A DNA stretch of 64,000 nt from a virus (lineage: Duplodnaviria > Caudoviricetes). The DNA is taken from IMG/VR virus record IMGVR_UViG_3300020048_000109, positions 7,580 through 71,579 of that record; one strand, written 5' to 3'. Positions within the stretch are counted from its first letter, which is position 1. Each line of letters opens with the position of its first letter. The position numbers were made by a program, and so were the translations under genes. The notes under the pieces are model-generated. The model searched no databases. It saw nothing but the letters and a program-made list of their open reading frames with translations, and was not told the origin of the DNA. This document shows positions 38,670 to 48,566 of this stretch, piece after piece.

Positions 38670-41534
38670 TTAATCTTCTTCTATTTCGTGCGATGATATT
38701 CCATCAGCTTTATCAAAACCTTCCGGCACGGTTAAGGTTCTTATGTAAATAGCCTCTTGCGTTTTATTGTCGATTTTTTTGACAATTCTTCCCGGAGCGT
38801 TTTGCAATTCTTTTGGATTTAAAATATATCCGTTCCAGCTGCAATAAGCTTGTAATGCTTTTTTGAATTTATTGGAAGTCCATTTGCTTTGTTTGGTTGC
38901 TTTTATGAATTCATCAAAAGCCATTTCTTTGGAAAAATATTGATCCAAATATTTATTTTCTTCCACGTAAGTATCAACATTGTTTTGTTTGGTTTCAAAG
39001 AAAGCCAATGCCCAGCCTTGAAAGGCGTCGCCCATTTCGGCTTGTAAACTTCTTTTGGTCACATTGTCCATTGGCGGATTTACCTTCGTTGGATGCGTTA
39101 AAAAGAACTGTAAGCTTTGTGCGCAAAAATTGTAATAAGCATTCCATTCAGCATCGGTAAAATCTTTGAAAAGGTTTCTTCCTCCAAAATCGGCAGAAAC
39201 TTGTCTTTCTTCCCTATATTCATTGTCTTTATTAAAATGATAATAATCAGAAAAAACCGTATACAACAATCGTCTGGCTGTTGATGGATCGGCATTAAAA
39301 ACCGTAAAGTTTGAAGCAATCACAAATTTTGGCGCTTTGTTGAAAGGAATTTCAAACGGTTGCATATTTTTCGGATTCACTTTTATGGATCCGGTTATTT
39401 CTGAGAAAAAGAAATCGAATTTCAAATATTGCGAAGCATCATCAATCATAATATAATCGGTGTCTTCGGTTACGCCTGCATAGATGAAATCGTTTTGCGT
39501 TAATTTTTCGTCACGGCCTTTTAAATAAAATCGTCTTTTTAAAATATGATTTAAAGATCCGTAGCACAATGATTTTCCAGAACCACCGTGGCTTTCTCCA
39601 TTTTCAGAAATTTTGTTGTCCATCGCAAATACACACCAGGCTTTACTCTCGTCTTTGTATTTGTGAAGCATATACCCGATTGAATATATTTTATTGATTA
39701 AATGCTGTTTTTGTTCATGAATTTCATCTTCAGTTAAATTTTCACCTGCAATATTGAATTGATTTTTTGCAAAATATTCTTCACGGTCCTTCTCAGTTTT
39801 TCCATCAAAAGATTCTTCTAATTCTTTGCGCCAGTGCACACGAGAAGTGTTGATTAAATAATTCAGGAATGGATTGTCGGCTTTCAATATTTCGATATTT
39901 AAATCGCCTGCAACATCTTTGGTAATTGTAAAATGCGGATCCTCTTTTTTTGCATTGAAATCAATAATTTTATCTTCCCAAATAAATTTATCCACTTCGC
40001 CTTGTTTGTATTCAACTATTTCTCTTTTTGAAATTTTCCAAACTGTTTTTGGAAAGAACAGGTATTGTGTTTTGATATCGGCATCAGTAAAATCAATCTC
40101 TAATTTCGGTAATTTAGAAAGTGAACGCTCGCTTAATTGCGGACTTTTATAAATGTAATCTCTTAAATTTGGGTGCATTTGGCGCTCTTCCAAAAATGAA
40201 TGCACAAAATTTTCAATTTCATACGGATGCAACACTTTTACTATGCTTCCTTCTTTTTTGATGTACAAAAAACCTTCTTTTAAATTTTCACTTTCATAAC
40301 GGCCAAATCCTAAATTTGAAAGGAAATGATACAACCTGGTATTTGATAAATTGTAGTTGGTTTTTTTCTCAGTTTTATATTCTGTCCAAAACTGCATTGG
40401 CAATGCATTGGCAATTAATTTATCAAGCGCATAAATAAAAGTGTTTGGATTTTCTTTACGGTAAAATTTCTCCACATAATCCTTAAAATCTTTGCAAGGA
40501 TTTCCTCTTTTATCTCTGTATAACTTCAATTTATCAGGCAACCAAAGCAATTTTATATCCAAATATTTTAAACCCATCACAACCGCTTGTTTAACGCCTG
40601 TGCTGTCAAGATCGGCAACATAAAATATCTCCTTCACCCAAACTTTCAATTTTTTGTACTCTTCCCAATCCAAATGCTCACTTTCTGAATTAAACCAGAT
40701 AGGAAATTTACCGAAGCTCCAAAGGTTGATGCCGTCAGAACCACCGCTGATAATAAAAACAGCCTCCAATCGCGGATCTTTCTTTTTAGTTGGTGCAGCT
40801 TCATCTTCTTCATCATCACCGGTTACCGAATAATCAACATCATCATCTTCTTCCAACGCCTTTTTTCTTCTTTTAAATTCAGCTTCAATCAATTCCATAC
40901 CAAACATATGGCGTGGCGGTTTGGTCCCGGCATAACGAAAACGGTATTGTTTTTCGAATGAGTTTGGCTGGTAAATTTTTTGCCAAGTGCCAAAATCAAA
41001 AACCAAGATTGGATATTCATCGGTTGCCGTAGTGACAATGGTTTCATTTTCCTTGCAATAAGCAAATGACTGGCAAGAGCGAAGTTTAAAATCGGCACAA
41101 TGTTTTTCGTTTACACGCTGTCCAATGATGGCCAATTCTTTTACGGAAAAATCTTTGTAAGTGAAATGATAACTTCCCGGAGTTTCTTCATCCGTTAAAG
41201 GCCGTTTTTCAATGATTGGTTTCCAAACTTGCATTTCGGCACCTTTAATATTGAAACGAGCGCCCAGCAAAGCACAAGCTTCGCCATAGGTAATATTTTC
41301 TTCCAATGCGCAAACGTGAATTCCGTTTCTGGAAACCTGGTCTCCGCCAAAATCGGTAACCACCCAAACGCCATTTGGTAATTGCTTTAAAGAAGCAGAG
41401 GCTGTTTTTTCTGATTCCCTTAATTTAAATTGAATATTCTTTTTTGATTGATTTGCATTTGGATAATATGCTGATATGATGTCAAGTCCTCCGTTAGTGG
41501 CATCAAAAATGTCAGTGTCTTTTACGTAACTCAT
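38670..41534 (-). CDS. Bacteroidota phage primase-helicase (TOPRIM plus P-loop), not DnaG-type
   Basis: WVVTDFGG N-terminus, SGGSD and ADLDSTG TOPRIM-like motifs, GGSGKS Walker A, MIDD Walker B, KFVIASN sensor, RRLL arginine finger. Confidence 0.85.
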   Translation of the reverse strand: MSYVKDTDIFDATNGGLDIISAYYPNANQSKKNIQFKLRESEKTASASLKQLPNGVWVVTDFGGDQVSRNGIHVCALEENITYGEACALLGARFNIKGAEMQVWKPIIEKRPLTDEETPGSYHFTYKDFSVKELAIIGQRVNEKHCADFKLRSCQSFAYCKENETIVTTATDEYPILVFDFGTWQKIYQPNSFEKQYRFRYAGTKPPRHMFGMELIEAEFKRRKKALEEDDDVDYSVTGDDEEDEAAPTKKKDPRLEAVFIISGGSDGINLWSFGKFPIWFNSESEHLDWEEYKKLKVWVKEIFYVADLDSTGVKQAVVMGLKYLDIKLLWLPDKLKLYRDKRGNPCKDFKDYVEKFYRKENPNTFIYALDKLIANALPMQFWTEYKTEKKTNYNLSNTRLYHFLSNLGFGRYESENLKEGFLYIKKEGSIVKVLHPYEIENFVHSFLEERQMHPNLRDYIYKSPQLSERSLSKLPKLEIDFTDADIKTQYLFFPKTVWKISKREIVEYKQGEVDKFIWEDKIIDFNAKKEDPHFTITKDVAGDLNIEILKADNPFLNYLINTSRVHWRKELEESFDGKTEKDREEYFAKNQFNIAGENLTEDEIHEQKQHLINKIYSIGYMLHKYKDESKAWCVFAMDNKISENGESHGGSGKSLCYGSLNHILKRRFYLKGRDEKLTQNDFIYAGVTEDTDYIMIDDASQYLKFDFFFSEITGSIKVNPKNMQPFEIPFNKAPKFVIASNFTVFNADPSTARRLLYTVFSDYYHFNKDNEYREERQVSADFGGRNLFKDFTDAEWNAYYNFCAQSLQFFLTHPTKVNPPMDNVTKRSLQAEMGDAFQGWALAFFETKQNNVDTYVEENKYLDQYFSKEMAFDEFIKATKQSKWTSNKFKKALQAYCSWNGYILNPKELQNAPGRIVKKIDNKTQEAIYIRTLTVPEGFDKADGISSHEIEED

Positions 41535-41555
41535 TTGGTTTTGTTTGGTGGTTTG

Positions 41556-42251
41556 TTAATCTCTTAATTTTTGGATGGCTATGATTTGTTTGGAAATTGT
41601 ATTTCTAATAAAAAAATAATCTTGATTTTCATCATACAATTCCCACTTGTATTCCTCACTTTTGATATAAAACCAATCGCCTTCTTTCATTTTAGGTAGT
41701 TCCCAAGGCAATTTATAAAGCGAGTAAGTTCCAATGATGGTTACTTTGTTTTCTTTTGTAAAAAGATTTATGACTTTAAACCTTTTATATAGAGAAACCC
41801 CTTGTGGTAAATCAAAAAAGTTGATATTTTGATCGCATATAATTATTATTTTTGGATCAATAAATAATGGTGTTTTATAATGTCTGTCCACAAGAATAGT
41901 GTCCATTGTAAATAATAAGAAATCACACAAATCTTCTTTTCTTTGGAAACCGTCCGCGATAATTACTTTTGTTTCCTCGGTGCAATGACCAAAATTGAAA
42001 TTTATACTAGAATCGTAATATCTTCCGTCAATTGTTGCCGGATTTATATTTGGATAATATTTTGCAATCGTGTTATATGCAATGGTACTTTTACCAGAAC
42101 CGTTTGGGCCAATAATAATCAGTCCTTTATATTCATTTTGAAAAGCTTGAAATATTTTTTCAAAGTCAAAGTTTTTACAATCATCAGTAAATAATATTTT
42201 AGTATTTACTTTTACAGTTTCGAATTTTAAATATTTTTTATTAGTCATCAT
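41556..42251 (-). CDS. Small P-loop NTPase resembling a helicase domain
   Basis: IIIGPNGSGKST Walker A, IIADG, PKIII, YKRF. Confidence 0.65.
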   Translation of the reverse strand: MMTNKKYLKFETVKVNTKILFTDDCKNFDFEKIFQAFQNEYKGLIIIGPNGSGKSTIAYNTIAKYYPNINPATIDGRYYDSSINFNFGHCTEETKVIIADGFQRKEDLCDFLLFTMDTILVDRHYKTPLFIDPKIIIICDQNINFFDLPQGVSLYKRFKVINLFTKENKVTIIGTYSLYKLPWELPKMKEGDWFYIKSEEYKWELYDENQDYFFIRNTISKQIIAIQKLRD

Positions 42252-42261
42252 TTCCTTCTTT

Positions 42262-42417
42262 TTAAATATTTACTTCAATTTCTTTCGCCAATTCCTCCAA
42301 TTCCTTAAGAACTGGCGCGGATAGAATTTCGATTTCTTTTTCTGTGAAATGTCCGCAGTTTTTAAACTGATCTATCCTGGCGTTTAGCTCGTTTATTTTG
42401 GATCTAGTTGCGTTCAT
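42262..42417 (-). CDS. Small hypothetical protein (MNATRSKINELNARID...)
   Basis: 51-aa ORF translated manually; below the ORF-track cutoff. Confidence 0.45.
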   Translation of the reverse strand: MNATRSKINELNARIDQFKNCGHFTEKEIEILSAPVLKELEELAKEIEVNI

Positions 42418-42649
42418 TGTGCCATTTATTTAATTCATTAGTAGCTATTTGTTTGGCGGCGATATTCAAAAGATTAAGAAGGACCGGAGACAATACAAAC
42501 CAAGAAATCAATGTGAAAATCATATACTTAAAAAGGAAAGTGCCATCATCATCAATAGAAAGATTCCATATTTTAAAAAGCAGGTAGCAGGATGGTAATG
42601 CCAGTAAGACAATACAAATGGCGATTTGTAATTTTATTTTGAGTGTCAT
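42404..42649 (-). CDS. Small two-TM membrane protein
   Basis: Two hydrophobic stretches. Confidence 0.55.
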   Translation of the reverse strand: MTLKIKLQIAICIVLLALPSCYLLFKIWNLSIDDDGTFLFKYMIFTLISWFVLSPVLLNLLNIAAKQIATNELNKWHNERN

Positions 42650-42653
42650 AGGA

Positions 42654-43004
42654 TTATTGTTTATCGGTTAATTCGGAGATTAATCTGCTGCAGTGTTTTA
42701 AATCAATTCTTAATGAATTTCTGTTTACTGCACTTTCATCATTGGTGGATTGCAATACGCCCATGATGTTTTGTAATTTCATTACCATCATTGAAAACTC
42801 AATCATTAAATCAACTCGTTTTATGCGGCGTGCTTTTGCTTTGTATTTATTGAAATGAGGAATAAAAGCTTTGCACATTTCAATTAATTCAGGATTGGTG
42901 GCTTCCATTACCCAAGGAGCTCTTTGGGTTGGTTTAGGCATTGATGAAGCAAGAACTTCAATATTTACGGTCAGTTTTTCGGATACTATTATATTTGGTT
43001 TCAT
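42654..43004 (-). CDS. Hypothetical protein (counterpart of 14844..15143)
   Basis: Syntenic, weak similarity. Confidence 0.6.
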   Translation of the reverse strand: MKPNIIVSEKLTVNIEVLASSMPKPTQRAPWVMEATNPELIEMCKAFIPHFNKYKAKARRIKRVDLMIEFSMMVMKLQNIMGVLQSTNDESAVNRNSLRIDLKHCSRLISELTDKQ

Positions 43005-43101
43005 TTGAGTGTTTTTTAGTTAACCACCGCCTATTGACGGTGGTTGAGTTAATCAATAAATTTGTGCTTATGCACTTTAAAGAACGTATATCTAGCGACT
43101 G

Positions 43102-43671
43102 CTAAATGAGGTTAAGACTGCGCGCAATAAGCGCCACTTCTTGTTTTGTTTGTACTTTTAGTTTATCGTACAATGCTTTTTTTAATTTGTGGAATGTGCC
43201 AAAGTGAAGGTGTAATTCTTCGGCAATAACTTCATTAGTTGCACTGGTTGAAGTCATTTTCATCAGGGCAATATCAACAGGCGTAAGATCCTGATTGTTG
43301 TATTTTGGCGATTTACAAACCAATCCGTTGCTAGGGCAGGTTGCTCTTAACGGGCAATCCCAATATTCACCACTTTGCAAAGTGTTTTCTTTAATATCGG
43401 CTTCAAAATCCAAGCCTCCAAAACGGCATTTTGCAAATTGTTCCAAACGTTTGTATTCGCTGTTTGGATGCCAGTCCATTAAGGCCATTTTTAAAGCTGA
43501 ATCTTTTTCAATTGTTTCTCTCAACAATTGTATAACAGGAAATGACAGTTCGGTAAAATTGGAGACTTTACCATTGGCAATCATTTTCACTTCATCCTCG
43601 ACGATGAAGAACTCAATCCCGGCACAATACATTCCAGGATAAAGATTTGGAAATTTTTCTGTGAGTGTCAT
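43102..43671 (-). CDS. LuxR-type HTH regulator
   Basis: LTPVDIAL...NEVIAEELHLHFGTFHKLKKALYDKLKVQTKQE. Confidence 0.85.
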   Translation of the reverse strand: MTLTEKFPNLYPGMYCAGIEFFIVEDEVKMIANGKVSNFTELSFPVIQLLRETIEKDSALKMALMDWHPNSEYKRLEQFAKCRFGGLDFEADIKENTLQSGEYWDCPLRATCPSNGLVCKSPKYNNQDLTPVDIALMKMTSTSATNEVIAEELHLHFGTFHKLKKALYDKLKVQTKQEVALIARSLNLI

Positions 43672-43676
43672 AATTT

Positions 43677-44054
43677 TTAGGTGTTAATGGTTATTTCAAT
43701 TTTCTCTAATAGTTTCTTGTTTTTTTTAGCAACAAGAAGTAAAGCGTTTAAAACATCAATTCTATTTGTGGTGCGCGCAGCTCGCACATTTCGAACAACT
43801 GCAGAAGTAACTTTTACGTTTTTTTTCTTCAAATTTTTGACAACCTCATTGGCATATTCGTAGGGTAAATGGGCGTCTAAAAAGTCATAAGCTTTCGAAA
43901 TATGCGAATGCACTTTTTTTTCTGAAGGATTGTTTACTATATTTGTCATATCTGTGTACATTTGTGTATATATGTGTACAAATGTAATAATAAAATTGAC
44001 ATATAGGTATAATTTATAAATTATTTTTGATACATATATACAATTTATAATCAT
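43677..44054 (-). CDS. Cro-like early protein (true start probably ATG near 43950-43965)
   Basis: Divergent from CI; VRNVRAARTTNRIDVLNALL HTH-like. Confidence 0.55.
   Translation of the reverse strand: MIINCIYVSKIIYKLYLYVNFIITFVHIYTQMYTDMTNIVNNPSEKKVHSHISKAYDFLDAHLPYEYANEVVKNLKKKNVKVTSAVVRNVRAARTTNRIDVLNALLLVAKKNKKLLEKIEITINT
44009..44024. promoter_or_regulatory. Perfect palindrome ATAATTTATAAATTAT, candidate operator
   Basis: Between the divergent Cro and CI starts; AT-only, so chance is possible. Confidence 0.35.
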
Positions 44055-44062
44055 TCTAAATC

Positions 44063-44380
44063 ATGGAATTTCACGAAAAATTAAAACAGTACCTAAAGAC
44101 CACTGGATTCTCACAAAAAGAAGTGGCGAAAAAGATTGGGTATAGCGATTCTATGATGTCTCGTTATTTAAAATCAAACAAACCAAATTATGAATTTCTT
44201 AATGCCTTGATAAAGGTGTTCCCAGACATTGATTTAAACTACCTGTTTAAAGATGATACTGAAGAACATTTGGCAGAAGGGATTGGTCCTCACACCAAAG
44301 ATGAAGTGGTTTTAATTGATGAAATTGAGCTAAGACTTCACTTTCTAAAAGAGGTTTTGACACAAAAACGACACGAATAA
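44063..44380 (+). CDS. CI-like XRE HTH repressor
   Basis: FSQKEVAKKIGYSDSMMSRYLK..KPN...IDLNYLF. Confidence 0.85.
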   Translation: MEFHEKLKQYLKTTGFSQKEVAKKIGYSDSMMSRYLKSNKPNYEFLNALIKVFPDIDLNYLFKDDTEEHLAEGIGPHTKDEVVLIDEIELRLHFLKEVLTQKRHE

Positions 44381-44599
44381 TATTTAACACATTGTTAACC
44401 TGCGTATTATGTGCTTTAAATTAATCCTTCTGCGATCACAAAGGTTGAGTTAACCAATAAATTAGAGTGCTATTGCATAGTTAAATTGCTATGTTTTAGC
44501 ACTTTATTTTTTAACTCAATTTTTACCTAATCCCCAAATGACACTATTAAATAGCATATTTGACACAAGGGTTGACACAAACAAAATTTATGTGTCAAT
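44357..44599 (+). other. attP-like site of phage B: TTGACACAA arms flanking a tRNA-like core and long hairpin
   Basis: Arms at 44357 and 44368 (left), 44560, 44572 and inverted 44592 (right); core AATCCTTCTGCGATCAC 44423-44439; inverted repeat 44445-44519. Confidence 0.7.
44423..44439 (+). tRNA. Possible tRNA 3' fragment (Arg-like end GCGATCAC), att core
   Basis: AATCC T-arm strand plus acceptor strand; isotype is from memory and uncertain. Confidence 0.4.
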
Positions 44600-45722
44600 G
44601 AAGACAAAATTTATAATAAGAAAGACGACCGGCGCGAAAAGTTTAGCACCGATTTACCTGCACATCACCGGCAGCGCAAAAAGGTTTCGGGTGAACCTGG
44701 ATATTAAAGTGGATCCTAATCAATGGGATACAAAGCTTCAACGGTTAAAGCCTTTAACCGACAAATCAAAGGACCTGAATTTAATTTTGGACAATGTTGA
44801 TTCTAAAATCACCAATATTAAAACGGTTTACAGGCTTTCAGAAAAAGTATTGTCGCCTGCAGGTTTGGCCAAAGAATTAGTGGACGGTTTGCCACGCGTT
44901 AATTTTTGTGCCTTTTTTGCCCATACTTTGAAAGAGGAGAAGCCATCCATTGGTGCCGGAACTTACCGCCGATATGAATCGGTTTTGAATAAGTTGGTTG
45001 AACACCAGGCGGAAATCATTTTTACCGAGATCACCGAGAATTGGTTTTTTAAATACCGTAAATATTTAAAAGGAAAAGGTAACCGCGATACCACCATAAA
45101 CAGCAATATTATTGCCATTAAAAAGTTTTTACGGATTGCCATAAAACAAGGCGTAAAATTGCCTTGCAACTTGGATGATATTAAATGTGGACCAACTACC
45201 GGCAACAGAACTTCCTTAAAGTCGCAAGATTTAATTAGGATCTACAAATTTTATAAATCTGAATTTATTAAACCCGGACATAAATTGGTAATTGGCTATT
45301 TTTTATTTTCGTGTATGACCGGTTTAAGAGACAGCGATATTCGCGCTTTGAACAGACAGGATTTAAGCGATGGCTACATATCATTTACCACCGTTAAAAC
45401 AAAGAAGGACCAGAATATAAAATTGAATGACCGGGCAAAAGAAATTGTGGCACTTTGCCCCGAATTATTTCTTACAAAGTTTACCAACGAGCATTTAAAC
45501 CGAGAGCTAAAAGCTGTTATGGTTATTTTGGGAATTAAAAAACACGTTACTTTTCACGTGGCGCGCCATACTTTTGCAACTTCTTTTTTAAGAATGGGTG
45601 GCAGGGTAGAAAAACTGCAATTATTAATGGGCCACAGCAATATAAAAGAAACAATGATTTATGTTCATATAGTTTCGGCCGAAGCAAATGACAGCATTCA
45701 TTTGCTCGACCAACTATTTTAA
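44599..45722 (+). CDS. int: Tyrosine integrase B (likely start ATG 44599; ORF track starts at 44538)
   Basis: APIYLHIT arm-binding domain, TGLRDSD, HVARHTFAT, LMGHS, IYVH. Confidence 0.95.
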
Positions 45723-47539
45723 TTTAAGGTATCGCTTTCAATATCCACTTCGAATAAGTCTTCTGAAATTTGCGTTTTATTGATGGTTTTAATAATATGA
45801 TACCGTCCGTAAGCGTAAATTTTCTTTTTAATTTCTGACAAACTTTCTGCCCACATTTTAAATTTCCATTGGTAAGAAATGGAAAAGATTCGGAATGTAA
45901 ACCATTTTTTGTAATGGTTTTGATGAACCGTAGGAATTAATATTGGCGTAATATCTTTGGTTAAATTTATGCCATCAGCATTTAAACCATCGTAAAGCAC
46001 AGCATATATTTTAGCGTTTCCGCCGTGATCAAAAGCAAATGCTGTTTCCACATCATTGGCGAATTTCTGAGGCAAAGGCAATGCTTCAATGGTAATGGTG
46101 TTGGTTTGCTTATTCACTTTTATATCTGACATTTCAAAACCATCATTATTTTGAAACATAACATCGTAAGTGTAATCTGTAGAATCCACATCTGCAAATT
46201 TCAACAGAAAGGAAACATCGTTGTTAAATTTGCGCTGTGGTTTTAGTACTTCGAAGTCTTTTAAACTGGTAGCATTGTTGTAATTTATTTCATTTTCAAT
46301 GAAATTCATATAAATATCTCTCCCTAAAATAGTAAGATCTATGTTGAACCAATTTTTTAAGACTGAAATAAAGGTGCCGAAGGTAATATCGGGCACTACA
46401 TTTTTTAAATTGACTTCATTTTTTATATTAATTTCATCCGGAGGAACAGTGCCGCCAACTAAAACTTCCTGTATAATTGCATTAAATACTTCGGAAATAT
46501 AAGTATTTCCAGATTCAACTTCTATTTTTAATATCTGGGTAGATATATCATCAGCATTGGTATCTAAGTTAAAATCAAAATCGTATTTAAAGCTTCCATA
46601 ATTAGAATAAGCATCACCTTCCTTTATATATAACACGGTTGATTTGTACGTTATTTTAGAAAATGTAGAAGGATAATTCTTTGCGAAAAATTGCACAAAA
46701 CGCGTAACACCTTTTATGTTGTATTTTTTTGAGGGGCGCAAATTAATTTCCAAATAATATCTTCTGTTGCCATTGGGAAGCATCGTAGATGTTTGGAATT
46801 GATTCAAATAATTAATAATAGCCTCAATTCTTTGCTCATTTACACGAGCAAAATAATCAATATCAGAAAATAAGCATAGCTTTAAAAAGTTTACATTGGT
46901 AGTCACATCACCTTTTAATGTATAACCGGCATCTAAAAAACCAGCCGTTAATATATGCAAAAAGTAAGGTAACGGCTGTATAATATTGCGGTTTGCAAAA
47001 TTGATTGATGTGAATGTATTTACTAAAAATTCGCCAGCCACATAGTTGTTTATTTTACCTAAGAATGTGCGCCAAGTATCTTCCGTAAGATCATACTTAT
47101 CGGTACTAATTTGCGGATAATTGTAATTTACCGCAGGCCACGTTTGCGGAATAATGGTTTTTGCGTGCGCATAAATATCGGTAATGGCCGTAACTTCCAA
47201 AGGCAGCTCTGCCAATTTTTTATCGAAGTTTGGCAGCTCATCAAAACCATAACGAACTTCAAAAGTAAGTTGTTTGCCTAGTTGCGAAGTTATTTCCAAC
47301 GTAGCATTTTCAAGGCTGTTATGAAGCAGGTATTTCACTTCAAAATAAGTCACCAAAAATTCAATGTTATCGTCGAGGAATTCTCCGAAAACTTTGATCA
47401 ACTCATCAGTCAAATACACATTAAAAGGAAATGAGTATTTGGTAAAAAACTGATCACTGAACCAATGATTGTCTTCAACGGTTGAAATTTTGTAATTCGT
47501 TAAATCGAACTCAAAGCTAGAGTGTATAATTTTGTGCAT
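45719..47539 (-). CDS. Tail tip / baseplate hub-like protein
   Basis: Homolog of 19448..21229; same 4-nt convergent overlap with the integrase. Confidence 0.7.
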   Translation of the reverse strand: MHKIIHSSFEFDLTNYKISTVEDNHWFSDQFFTKYSFPFNVYLTDELIKVFGEFLDDNIEFLVTYFEVKYLLHNSLENATLEITSQLGKQLTFEVRYGFDELPNFDKKLAELPLEVTAITDIYAHAKTIIPQTWPAVNYNYPQISTDKYDLTEDTWRTFLGKINNYVAGEFLVNTFTSINFANRNIIQPLPYFLHILTAGFLDAGYTLKGDVTTNVNFLKLCLFSDIDYFARVNEQRIEAIINYLNQFQTSTMLPNGNRRYYLEINLRPSKKYNIKGVTRFVQFFAKNYPSTFSKITYKSTVLYIKEGDAYSNYGSFKYDFDFNLDTNADDISTQILKIEVESGNTYISEVFNAIIQEVLVGGTVPPDEINIKNEVNLKNVVPDITFGTFISVLKNWFNIDLTILGRDIYMNFIENEINYNNATSLKDFEVLKPQRKFNNDVSFLLKFADVDSTDYTYDVMFQNNDGFEMSDIKVNKQTNTITIEALPLPQKFANDVETAFAFDHGGNAKIYAVLYDGLNADGINLTKDITPILIPTVHQNHYKKWFTFRIFSISYQWKFKMWAESLSEIKKKIYAYGRYHIIKTINKTQISEDLFEVDIESDTLN

Positions 47540-48566
47540 TGTAGGCTCTGTTTATTTGGAATTCTAAATCATATTCGTACAAATCGAGTTCACTGTCAAT
47601 ATTTACCAATTTCTTGGAAATAGGCGCCAATTCAATAACCTCTTGATCATTGATAAATAACCATGCTTTTTTTGAACGCGCTAAACTGTCGATGGTAATA
47701 TTGTCGGTTTTTAATAACCAACCGGTATTTATTTTGAATTGATTTACTTTTTCGGTTTCAATAATTACCAATACTTCTACCAAATTGCGTTTGTATTCGT
47801 GCGTTGTTTGGTTATAATTTGTAGGAAATGAATAATCGCCTGTACATTCGAGGCTGGTTAACAAATTAAATTCATCGATAAATAAAAGGTGGTTGCTAAA
47901 TTTTTGTTCAGGAAAAACAATTACCGATTTTTGGACGGCCAAATCTTTCACTTTAAAGTGAAATACATCGCCCGGATTGCCTGCGTAATCGGATATTTTA
48001 TATTTTTTGGTAAAAATGTTGTCGGTAGCCGTGGTTGTAATCACTTCATCCTGCATAAGATTGTTGTTCTTATATATTTCAATGGTGGCATTTCCTGAAG
48101 GCAATAAGAAGCTAACGTTCACAAAGCCTTTTGGCGTTATGCGCGATGCGTTTGTGTTGATGTTTAGCATTGCTGTATTGGCCACCAATATTGAAGGCAA
48201 AACGCCTGCAACAAATTTAATGTTATCCAAAACAGTCGTTTCCACAAGCGTATCATCCGACACATTCAATTCTTTGGCTTCAATATTTACCAGGGCTGTT
48301 TTGTACTGAAGTGCCAAACTGTTTAGTTCGGTTATTACGCCCATATTGCGGTGAATTTTACGGCCAATATTAAACTCTGCTTCATTTTGAAAGAGCCAAA
48401 TTTTATAATTCAGTACTTTTTGTTTGGAAACCGTGCCATAGAATTCATAATAATTGATAGTGATTTTTAACGTAAAATAAGTGTCGGCCGTTTCGGTTGA
48501 AAAAAGCAAAAACAAATCGTTTAGCGTGAAGTGAAAATCGGTATTGTTATAAGGAATTGTTACCAT
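47517..48566 (-). CDS. Distal-tail-like protein (no BACON repeats)
   Basis: FIDEFNLLTSLECTG...INTGWL parallels FENEWETYEFFETKG...LNTGYI of 21226..23115. Confidence 0.65.
   Translation of the reverse strand: MVTIPYNNTDFHFTLNDLFLLFSTETADTYFTLKITINYYEFYGTVSKQKVLNYKIWLFQNEAEFNIGRKIHRNMGVITELNSLALQYKTALVNIEAKELNVSDDTLVETTVLDNIKFVAGVLPSILVANTAMLNINTNASRITPKGFVNVSFLLPSGNATIEIYKNNNLMQDEVITTTATDNIFTKKYKISDYAGNPGDVFHFKVKDLAVQKSVIVFPEQKFSNHLLFIDEFNLLTSLECTGDYSFPTNYNQTTHEYKRNLVEVLVIIETEKVNQFKINTGWLLKTDNITIDSLARSKKAWLFINDQEVIELAPISKKLVNIDSELDLYEYDLEFQINRAYNAQNYTL

Noticed and set aside
44182-44197. Intragenic operator in CI of phage B (AAATTATGAATTT vs ATAATTTATAAATTAT)
   Set aside because: Only about 10/16 matches in AT-only sequence and not at the alignment column seen in phage A
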